Source: Phoronis australis (lineage: Eukaryota; Animalia; Phoronida). Taken from it: DNA of 64,000 bases. Of this stretch, positions 53,311 through 64,000 are shown piece after piece. The position numbers were made by a program, and so were the translations under genes. The notes beneath the pieces were generated by a model. That model was not told the DNA's origin. It ran no database searches and saw only the letters and a program-made list of their open reading frames with translations. The stretch spans positions 473,649-537,648 of the forward strand of contig NMRA01000251.1 of NCBI GenBank assembly GCA_002633005.1. The letters are read 5' to 3'. Within the stretch, counting starts at the first letter, position 1. Every line of letters begins with the position of its first letter.

Positions 53311-54484
53311 CTTACTTTAGCAAGGTACCTTGTCAGAATATAGTCTGACAGTATTTTTAGTTGTATTGTTTTGTTTTGTTATTCTGTTTGATTGGCATGA
53401 CCCCTGAGTTAAGTACAGTGATGATGTAATTTGTTTACTACAAAATAGTGTGGAACTTTCTAGAAGACTAAGGTCAGAACAGTGATGATGTAATTTGTTT
53501 ACTAAAGTATAGTGTGGAACTTTCTAGAAGACTCTAGCATGACAGTGATTAATGCAGTCTGGAATATTCTAGAGACTAGTACATGTTTGTAGAATGATTG
53601 GGTAGGTTCCAGAAAGTTCTGGCATGTGCTTGAATTGATGAAAAGTTCTAGAACAATGCATTAGGCTATAAATACACAAGCACGGGTTTGTGTTAGTCAC
53701 TTGAGTCCAAGAAGATTAAGTCAGTGAGATCAAGTCAGTTCACGAGAAGATAAAGTCAGTTCAAGTAAGTCAATCAGGAGAACTACAGTTGAGTTGCAGT
53801 GAAGAGAATCAGCAGTTACAGCGATGGTCAATAGGGAGCCAGCTATAGAGACAGCAGGTTGTTGAACCAACGAGTGTAACAGTTGCTGGAAGTATCTCAA
53901 AGTTCATCACAAGTCAAGGCTTCGCAGCACTGGCTGGAGCATAGAACAGACATTACGTCGGACGTTTTGTTTGAGTAGGCTTGTGAACGTACGGTCGGGA
54001 TTAATAAAGGATTAACTCAAACCAGTCTTCGGTCAATCTTCGCACCGAAAGCTATTAGCACCGGTCTGTAACACCCTGCGCCCACCCACACACGGGGAAA
54101 AACGTGACATACCTAAACTAGACCATTAACGGACTCATAAACACGGTCATGGACGCATGAACACGACTCACGTACCTGAAAACACTGTTCACTGACTCAC
54201 AAACACGAGAACGGACTCACAAAACATGACCCATTCACCCAAATACACGAGACTCACATTCACGAAGAAACATGGTTAATGGACCGCCAAACACGATAAA
54301 GCATGCCATAAACACGGGTCACGAACTCATCGGCTTCCTAGGTCAGCTGACATGTACATTTTGTCCATAAACAGTGTTTGGCGGTCAGTGAACGGTGTTT
54401 GCAGGTACGTAAGTCGTGTTTATGAGTCCGTGACCGTGTTTATGAGTCCATTAACCCTGTAGTTTAGGTACCTCGTTTAGTAAG
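53311..54484. mobile_element. Palindromic MITE (about 390 bp once the LTR is removed) whose left arm is split by the solo LTR
   Basis: The rejoined left end cttactttagcaaggtacctaaacta...ggactcataaacacggtca pairs with tgaccgtgtttatgagtcc...tagtttaggtacctcgtttagtaag. Confidence 0.82.
53331..54109 (+). mobile_element. Solo LTR of an LTR retrotransposon (779 bp)
   Basis: TGTCA...TGACA termini and a perfect 5-bp target duplication TACCT (53326-53330 and 54110-54114). TATAAATA at 53667 and AATAAA at 54003. Tandem repeats of about 64 bp in the U3-like part. Confidence 0.88.
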
Positions 54485-54567
54485 GGACAAGATTACAACT
54501 GTGTTTAACTGTTTTCCAGAGGAAAGTAATGTTCACACCTTGTGTCAAATATCAGTATGCCATTGCT

Positions 54568-54645
54568 TTAAATTAAAGCACACACATACATTTAAGCGCA
54601 TATCACTTAAATTAAAGCACACACATACATTTAAGCGCATATCAC
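54568..54645. repeat. 39 bp tandem duplication
   Basis: ttaaattaaagcacacacatacatttaagcgcatatcac occurs twice. Confidence 0.9.
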
Positions 54646-54823
54646 AAGTATGCTGACTACAAAGATGACCCCTGTACTCAGAATAGAACTCACTGAGAAA
54701 TTTAGATTAAATAGTACACATTAAAAATATGCAGACAAAATGACCCGTAATTCCTCAACATGATGGCTAGGCGGAATCGGAATTCGTCTTCAGAGTAGTC
54801 TTCTCATACAACCAAGAATGTAC

Positions 54824-55207
54824 AGTGGAACTTGCACGCTAATTCCTCTGTGATTGCTTGGTCAAATAAGTTAGAAACACAGCATATAGCGACGACGATG
54901 TGAATACGAAGTATGTTGAAAATTGCCAAATGTTTTTAAGAACGAGTTTTGTGTTGAAAATAACTCAATCGTAAATCACTCAACCGTATCAAGTATCGTG
55001 AGGTGGTGTTTGGGGAATAACACTGCATGATGTAGGCTATGTGAGCCCCCATAGCATAGGACACCTATTTGCAGAATTTTTTGTCTTCACATTTACAAGT
55101 TGTCAGTGAATGCAACTGCACTTTGTTTAGTGTAGATGATGTTCAAATAGCATTGACGTTTAGTTCCTGTTATACATTAGCATATTTAGGACCATGCAAA
55201 TGCAACT
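54824..55207 (+). mobile_element. MITE family A copy
   Basis: Same core sequence. The right end is ctttaa and the left end is degenerate. Confidence 0.7.
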
Positions 55208-57190
55208 TTAAAAGGAATGTTAGTAAGGTGAATAAGCCATTTTGTAATTAGAATTTTGTCTTATTGGAAAAAGTCAACTATCAAATTATACAGGCTTGCT
55301 ACTTTCCAAAAATACTTTTACTAAGTTAAAATCTATAGTTTTATAGATATTTGTCAAAATATAACGATAAGGTCTATCATAACCTTAAAACATGATTGTA
55401 CCAGCATAAAAATCCTTTTAACAATTACTAAGTCGAGACTAAAAATGACCAACTAGCTAACTGAAAGCCCACCCACCAGAGACATTTAAATAAATGTAGC
55501 TCACTGTCTTAGTTTTGAAAAACAAGACTCCATTTAAAACTGCAAACAATTTACAACCATTTAGCCTACTTATTTACCTTGAGTTAATTAGATTATATTT
55601 CAAAGTGAAACATAACCTGGCATTTGTGCTACTACCAACTTGGTCATGTAGAGACAAGAAAAACGCCCCAATTTAGCTGACTGGAACATCATATCTCAGA
55701 AACAACCGATCCGATTCATATGAAACTTTCCGGTACTATGCTTGATGCACATTTCTCTAGAACACTGTTAAGAACAGTTTTAAAATGTTCCACTTTTGCA
55801 TGAGGGGTTATCAAAAAACATAACTTTTATGATTTTCATGAAACAAATCTAAAGTTGCAGAAAAGAAACGAGAACTACCATTTTCAACATTCATATCAAG
55901 CAAAATTTGATCGTGTTATTTATACTGCTATTTTCCTATCAGTTCTTTTTTGCTAAATTTTACTAACGAGACATGGACACATGACCCAATTAACGGTAAA
56001 TGAGTAAAAAGTCAAAAATCAAATTCCACACGCTTTCTACTTTCAGAAAACCTGAGTTAAATCTATTTTTGTTGATATTTGGCTAAACACGCAGACATGA
56101 AAATAAAAACCATAAAACATATTAAAGTGGGAAGCAACCATTTTTCGAGGCTTTTACTAAAACGAGAGATACTGCTTATCAACGAAAGACATATTTTTTG
56201 CAATCTTTTCTGTTCCCCTGGAGTCTAACTACTCGCCAAGTTACAGTAGAAACTGACGTTCAGCATTCAGGGCCTTTTAGTGGGTATTTATATCATTATT
56301 GTTCTATGAATAATAAAAACACGACAGGGAAACAGCAATTAAAGTTGAACATTGCATTTATAGTATTAAAGGTAACATGAAAAATGGTTGCCTTCCCTTT
56401 AAGCTCTGAAAGCCCTTCCATACTTCTAGCACAGCCCACATGTCACATAACTTCAAAGTTATGTGACATGGGCGCAGGTTTGAATAAAACTGGCTCCTTC
56501 ATGGCAAGTGCGACATGAACATGCGTACACCAACACGCACACACCAACACACACATACCAACATGCGCAGCCTGGAGCACACAGGCATAAAGACAGGGAG
56601 GCCCCTGGATATAGTGCAGCTGGCGTGTGTAAATAATGCAGACAGAGATCAATACTTTGACGTATATAGTGAGGAAGAACTGAGCTCAGAAAAAAAGACA
56701 CGCAGCACTTGGCAGTCAATCGGTGAACCATCTGAACTGCACAGTACACAGCTCAGTGTTTGAGAAGGAAGAGATGCCAATAGCAATACAAATGTAGTAC
56801 ATAAGGTTACATAGGATCTTAGAAAAATGTCCAGATTTGGTTATCATTGGATCATCATATCTCAGAAATGGCTACATGGATTCACATTAACCGTGCAGGT
56901 CATATGCATTGTTTTTAAACTGATCATCCTGAACGTTTTTATCAAATAAAATTTGGTCATGTTATTGATAGAGTTGTTTTACTGTACCATTCTTTATTTG
57001 AAAAATTTACAGAATACACACTCAAGTGACCCAATTAAATGCAGATTCATTTTGTAAAAAATAGAAAATCAATTATGTAGGCATTCTGCTTTAATAAATA
57101 CAGAATTAAAATCATCAATTTTGTAGAAATTAGACTAAATTCACAAATTTGTGGATAAGGTCCAACATAACCTTAAGTCAAACATTAATA

Positions 57191-58181
57191 CAGTGGCGGA
57201 TCCAGGATATCACAAGGGGGCCCAACATTTTGTCTGTAAACCTTTGAGCAAAACACGATTGTAGATGCGCATAGCGCCGAACGGGGGAGGTTGGATCCCG
57301 CCCAGAAAAATTTTTCTGTTTTTTCCTCTAAAAATCAAGCATTTTCCTAGATTCCTGAAGAATTATCCAAGAAAAAAGGCAAAGAAAAAACACGGAGAAC
57401 GTGTCAAACTTGAAAAATTGCACTTACCTCAGACTCGAACTCACGACCTGGCAGATAGAGTGCATGGGCTTTACCACTACACCACCAAGACTTCACTCCT
57501 AATTTGTTACTAAGAGACCTTCTTGTTTGTGGTCCACAGGGTTTGCACACGAAACCTACCGGTACTTCTTTTTGTAATGCTTATTATACTTTTTATATTT
57601 TGTGCAATCTGTTCGTAACAAATTTGTTGTATTTAAAATAGTCTTCAATTGCCCAAAAGACCAATCTGTTCTTTTGTGTTGGCATTAATGGCGCGATTGC
57701 TTTGGAAATCGTCTTGGGTTAAGGTTTGACAAAGAGAGAATTATGAGTGATTCACTAAGGCTTCGATTAAAATTCACATCTTAACAGCAGCATCTGTTTT
57801 TTCGTCACTCAGGTTCCATTTTCTTTCAAAAATGAAGTAATTTTCTTCAATGCACAGTGAAGCAGATGACGGATACAGAGTCATAGTGCGCAGCGCTACT
57901 GACGGTCGCCTGGGATATCGAGGGAGAGCCTATATTTTGCCATAGTTTCGTTACGATTGCGCCGTGTTCTGAATTTGACACTTGACATTGAATCCGAGCC
58001 CCCCAAAAAAACACTAAAACTGTGCACATTTAAATCTTGTTTCAGCTGTATAATGTTGTTAATTACCGAGGTTAATTAATAAACGCAACATTTCCCTACG
58101 CTCTTGCTGTTTTATTTTTTGCGGCAGCCAAGGGATGGGGGGCGGGCCCCCTGGGAACACCCCCCCCTAAATCCACCTATG
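57191..58181. mobile_element. About 990 bp non-autonomous DNA transposon containing a tRNA-like segment (57424-57491, minus strand)
   Basis: Imperfect TIRs cagtggcggatccagg and cctaaatccacctatg, GC-rich gggccc subterminal motifs, and TAATA on both flanks. Confidence 0.65.
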
Positions 58182-61100
58182 TAATAACAATTTCAGTTAA
58201 AAAAGATTTTTAGATTTGACAAATGTCAGGTCTAACCATGACCCCATCAAGTGACCAGAAGTACTATCCGCCAACTACTGCATTGGGCTGAGATAGACAA
58301 ACAGACAGCAGATGACGGATACAGAATAAGAGTGCAACACAAAACTGCCACTATGGGGCATGATGGTGTTCAGATGTATATGAAAGTTCAACATCAGTCA
58401 TACTCATCTGACTCGAAACATTTGTGGCAAATTTCAGGACGATTCTGCAAAAAACATGGTTGATATTCATAATGAGGTAGGCACAAAAATGATTTCCTGT
58501 TAGGGAACACAGCAGCCAAATTCCTTTGAAAATCAACAATTGTCATGTTCTGGTTTATATAGCAACATTTCCTCAATTTACGTGACAATCCATCAAACTG
58601 TTTGGCAAATACAGAGGAGGACATGGAAAATGGACACCAAACAGCTAAACTCCCTAACCTTGTTTCTTGCTAAGATGGCAATAGCCAGCCCAGCATTTGA
58701 AGCATTATTAACTGAAAAGGTCGCTGGTGTGGATTTCTGTCAATTCTATTGAATGATTGGAAACCAATGCCAATTTTTAGTAAAAGCCCAAAAACATGAC
58801 AGATTTTGCTGCTGCTCTGCTCAAAGTTGATAACTTCTATCTTTCCCAACAATAATCCCTAAAAATGCATTGTCAGCCCTTTTAACTTCAATGCCTCGAC
58901 AGACAGAAGCGCTTTCTAAAAATATAAACCTAATGACCATATGAAATCTCAGAGACCAATAAATGATTAATTTGACTAAACTTGAGGCATACATGGATAA
59001 ACTGTGAACCACACCAACAAATAAAGTGACACATGGTTCCACAATAATTTTGATATCAATCAGATTTAGAAGACAAGGCTCTCTGTGCATCATAACACCA
59101 CAGACACAAGTTATGCATTATCAGATAACATAACAAGCATTAACCACATGCTACCACTGTTGTCACTAAGGAGTGTTATCCCTCGACATAAGAAAGAAAA
59201 ACTCAAAAATACGAGTAGAAAAAGTAAATTACGAGTACAAAATTAACCTCAATCGTGTTATTCGAACAAGCATGGATGGACGTTCGGCATTTTTCTTTGT
59301 TTGGCCATCGCAACTGCCGACAACTACGTGTCTGGCTGTACACTCAACAACCGTGTCCAGCATTGTCCACGACTTGTTTTGGGAAGTCACCCGTCCCTCA
59401 ATAATTGCCATTTAACCATTTAAATTAAAGGAGATAAAGCTATGGTGAGCCTTGTAAACAAAGTGTGACCAGGTAACCACTAAGCAATATAGTCATCTTT
59501 GTCACCCATGTCAAAACACTTCTACGAAGCCTTGTATACTCAGGCTGAAGGAAGTATAGATGCACAAGAATGATACAGTGGATATCTCTCAAGCAAAAAA
59601 TGTTGTGTCTAATGTTAGTTACGTAAGCAATAACTAATATTTAATGAAATAAAAAGCCTCGGAATACTTTGACTTCCATTGTTGGGTGATTAGTGTTTAC
59701 TGCTTCAGCACCGACTACATACCCTAGATATGGAAAAAACAGGTCGGCCAAATATGGAGCACGTGATAACACAGTTTGAGATGCTCCAGTGGACTCTGCA
59801 TTGAGACTGGGGGGGAGTTAAATCAGTGATAATAATTTCCTAGCAATACCACACCTCAGCAATTAAGCTTAACTTTGGCTAAAGTATCAATGCAATGTTT
59901 CTATAAGTACCTTTCAAGTGTAGATGCACACTTTTGAAGCACCTGGACTCTTTAATCCTTTCAACCTTTAAAAATACTCTCGCCTCTGCCACCAATTCCA
60001 ACTCCTATTCTGAGTGAGTTGACCTGATTCTAACCTCCAGAGGACATTTTCTAGTTTGGTGAAAATAATTTTGCCTTTCAGTGTTGATTTTTGCCCAAAT
60101 CCTCCCTTCCGCCTCCAGCCCAGATCAAGGTGTTATCAGGACACATTGCCATCATTACTGGTTTGAAACAGGGATATGTTTCCAAAAGAAGATGTCAAAA
60201 TCTGACCATTTGGTCATGGCTCATAAAGAATTCTATTCTGAAATAGAAACAGCCATTTCCTCAGAATTTGAATGGAATTTGATGATTTACTTGTTCTAGG
60301 AAGGATATTGACATCCTCAATTTACATCAAAAATGGAACACGTAGGCAATCTTTTGACACTGCTAATGATTTCCTTATCAATTGAAGTGTTGTTGTGATG
60401 GAAATTCTGGGTTGATTTTCCCCACAATTATAGGATATTAAAACATGTTTGAAAGGAGAAAACAACTGCTTTTTGATTTTACGCACAAACCCCTGATTAT
60501 CTTGGAAATTGAAATACACTTTTCAATGTACCCATGGCCAGTAGGTACTACTCGGGGAACAATAGAAGGTGATGTAAACAGCTTGATAAAGGGTCGCATC
60601 TTGGCTCTGCATTCACTTCCATGGGGGAAAAAACTTCTACTTATCAAGCACAGTCAGTGCAAGTCAATGGGAGTGAAAAAGCAAGCACAACTTGTCATGG
60701 TCCATAAATACTAAATGCTCACAACAGCTAGAATAATTAAAATATAAACACATATTTCCAAGATACAGAAGGTAACACCAAAAATGGTGAGTTTCCCACT
60801 TAAAGTGAAGTACAAAATGAGATGTCATGTTGACAGACAGACATTGGTCAGAGCCACCATCAGTGACTAGTCAGCAAATGACAGCCACTACAGAAATTGA
60901 TGGATGTGAACTATGAAATCTACATTGCTACGAACTTCCTAAATTGGCTTTAAGGCCTTGGGTTCTTAGCCCTTATTCAGGTGTTAACTGTAACATAGAG
61001 CAACGTGATCAGTGACAAGCCAACCAGGTTTACATACTCAACTTAGAAACGATGGCAGGAATGTGGGGTGTGCATGCTCAGGCTGACTAATGGAGGGAGT

Positions 61101-63014
61101 TAATGTTTACGTCGAAAAAGCGAAAATGATGCAAATTTAGAGGTAGAAAAATGTGTCAATCAGTAATCGTTGAACTAACCGGGTAACAGGCAAAGGAAAT
61201 GGGGTGTAGATATGGCGTGAAAATGGTCACCTATATGTATGCTATTGCACAAGTGCAGGTAACATGATCACATCTGCCTTGCCTCAGTTTGGCATTTAGA
61301 TGTAAACAGTTGACATGGAGACAAAATTCACACTACAGTGACAACTCCTTCCTTGTCAACTTCTCTTTACACACACATATATATGCTATATCAACACGTT
61401 CTATTTCGGCTGCTCCGTGAATATGAACCTCAACATTGGCAAGCCAGACTATCCTTTTGAACGTTGTCAAAATCACTGAAGATATATAACTAAATAAACC
61501 TATGCAGAAAGCCCTTCTTTTTGTTTGCAGTTCAACAAATTTTACAGTTCAAATAACTGAAAAATAACCAAACAAATAACTTCCACAAACTACAACTGAG
61601 GCATTGTATGCACTAGCTTAATGACGTATCAATGCCCGAGAATTATGCAGTGCATATTTCAAAAAAATATGGTTTAAGTTGTTAATGTCTTAAATAATTA
61701 ATTTTACATGAATAAAAAAGCCTCAAAATATGTTGCATCAATGCGGATTTCCATTATAGGATGACTCGGCACTGAATACTTGCTCTATAATTATATGGAC
61801 AAAATAGGTCAGCCAAAATCTCATGTAACTCCGCCATGCTAGCCACTTCGCCTTCAGAGGAAAACAAGGCCGGTCTCCTCTCGGTAACTCTCAATTTCAC
61901 CAACTCGGCGGATGTTTTTAATGCACTGCAGAAGAATCTAACAGAACAAGACGTTCCCGGTGACGATCGCAGCTATACTACAACTCGAAATTGATCCAGT
62001 TTCTTCATTTGAAAGCGTGCCACTGTTTTGAAAATCGATGCAGTTAAATATATTAAGGCGGCCCTAGCCTGGGCAGTGAGCGGTTAATGAAAATTCTGTT
62101 AAATGGAGGATAGCACTTAGCAGAGGTGCACAGTCTAAAAAAAATCCAAAAGGGATGGCCACTTGCAAGAGCATGGGCCTTAACTCAAATGTTTACGATA
62201 TGTTATAAGTTCGAACTTTAACAGTTGAAAGACAAATCTTTAGTACGAACTTCGAACTTATTCATTTTTTTCAAAAATCTATATCTCAACCTTCAAATGA
62301 GAGAACACTACACATCATTTGTGGTGGATGCGTGTCTAGACAAAATTGAGCATAAAAACATGATGGGTTCAAATGAATTACCTGTAATGTTTCACCAATG
62401 TCGGCTGTAGACATTGAGACAGAAAAGAGACGTGCTCTGCACGTAAAAACATGGCAAATACTTTATCACATTGCATCGACAATTTGTCTCCAGGTGACTA
62501 ATGATCAAGCTTCAAAGCTGAGATGCAAAAAGCCGCAAGCCTTTTCAATTGGTTTCTTCCATCCAGATGAATAAACATGAAACCAATGACTGTCATAAAG
62601 CAGTTCAATTTGGAGTTGTTGGCCAACCGTGTAAACGCTGTTGTTGTTGACATTATTCCTTAGAGGCAAAATTAAAGGTGAAAATAATTTTCTAACATAA
62701 TATGCAGATTCAATCAGAGTTTGAAACTAAAAGTCACCCAACAACCTCGCAGCAAGTAAATTTTGCAGATAGGCAAATGAAATTTCAAAGTAGCATGCCC
62801 AACAGGCTAATAAACCCAGACATAATGGCACACAACAGAACTTGCCACCGTCTAGAAAATTATTGGACAAGCAAGTTTTTCCTTTGGGCAAGTGAAATTT
62901 TTCATTTACAAGCCAAACTTGCCAACAGGCAAAAAAAAGTTCGTGTTAAGTCCCGTTGTTCAATACATATTTGGTGTCTTAAAGTCCCTGGGTAAGAGGT
63001 TGTACTGTAAACGT

Positions 63015-63180
63015 TCGGGTTAACGCCCTGGGCGGTTAAATTGGCAAACCCAAAAAATCGGGGGTGGGCGGTTAACCAGACATGGACGCTTAAACGTGAA
63101 ACTTCAAAAAATCCAGGGTGGGCGGTTAACCGAACATGGGCGCTTATTACGACAGGCAAGCGCCCTGGGCGGTTAATCTT
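63015..63180. repeat. Short array of gggcggttaa motifs, likely a transposon terminus
   Basis: Four gggcggttaa copies at about 30-55 bp spacing. Confidence 0.55.
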
Positions 63181-64000
63181 ACCTCGTGATCTAAGTACCC
63201 ACACCACACACGTAATCGTAGGCCTACTCAGAACGCGTAGCTCATTTCAAAGAGCGTTATCGTCACGTCGCCACATGACAGGAAAAATGTCGTAACAGCA
63301 GATGATCCTAACAAAGGTTATCATGTCCTCAGATTAGTTATTCACTATTAAATTTACAGAATTGCTGAGTAATAGCCCCGTGCCGTCCTGCGGTCTTGTT
63401 ATTTAGCCCTGTAGTGTAGAGCGCAGACGAACAGTGACCACGCAGCCTCTACTTGGATTGCAACTATTTCATCTTGCTAAAGTGCGCGCGTGCAAGCTTC
63501 ACGTGTTGCAGAGGTCACAGCAGACATCAGATTTATGGTTACAGTCTCGTACTAGCTGCCAAGTTCATAGCCAGAGAGCAGTTTTAAAATTGGTTGTGAT
63601 AAAAGTTTGAAAACCTTAATTCAGATTTTTTTGTGTTTGGGATGTTTATAGTCAACACTCCGTGACTCAATGACATTTTTAGCGTATGGTTCTGTGGCAT
63701 GCTGTTTTATCTCGACTGCCCGGCATGGCTCACTTGCCATTGCGCCAAACATGCTCGGCAAAGAAGTAGGCCCAAGACAAGAATCGGGGTTAAGCGGCCG
63801 TGTGCCACTCGTCAATCAAGAATAAAATTTCGAGCTACGGCATAAATATGTGATAAAACGCTACAAAACAGCGATGTTTCAATTCATAAACGATCACCTT
63901 ACCAAACTTCGTGTTGGAAAAACATTTATTTTTCATGCAAGATGTCCAGATTATCCTATTTATATCACTTGCAATATCGCACTGCGGCACTGTTCGGTCC

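Noticed and set aside
53123-54073. Alternative LTR boundaries TGTTAC...GTAACA
   Set aside because: No matching target-site duplication, whereas 53331-54109 has a perfect TACCT duplication and restores the interrupted MITE arm.
12989-57491. Functional tRNA genes at about 12989, 42673 and 57424
   Set aside because: A- and B-box-like motifs are present, but the acceptor and anticodon stems do not pair. Treated as SINE heads or pseudogenes.
61836-61994. 52-codon plus-strand ORF with gccATG context (MLATSPSEENK...)
   Set aside because: No recognisable homology or splice support. It is adjacent to dispersed-repeat sequence shared with about 59640-59750.
559-63815. Most short ORFs in the supplied track
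   Set aside because: They are 60-120 aa with no recognisable domains and lie in introns or repeats. Only those overlapping PKD exons are meaningful.

Overview
This is AT-rich animal genomic DNA, probably from a marine invertebrate (inferred from composition and repeat types), not a prokaryotic or viral region. It holds most of one minus-strand protein kinase D (PRKD/PKC-mu family) gene. I read 13 GT-AG coding exons with consistent phases between 31022 and 286, totalling 1704 nt (568 codons). They encode the second half of the ubiquitin-like domain, C1a, C1b, an acidic linker, the PH domain and the kinase N-lobe. I did not find the first coding exon, so 31023-64000 is probably one large intron, and the 3' kinase exons lie left of the window. 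The introns contain many non-autonomous transposons: TTAA-flanked Kolobok-like elements, palindromic MITEs, a Helentron/HINE-like element, a solo LTR nested in a MITE, and tRNA-like heads. Three near-identical duplications abut single n characters and are probably uncollapsed haplotypes. The most notable observations are a minisatellite built from an exon end plus its 5' splice site, a Trp-to-Leu change at the conserved PH-domain tryptophan, an in-frame duplicated C1 exon pair, and two candidate microexons. I found no convincing novel multi-gene system. All coordinates were read by eye, and repeat boundaries are approximate.
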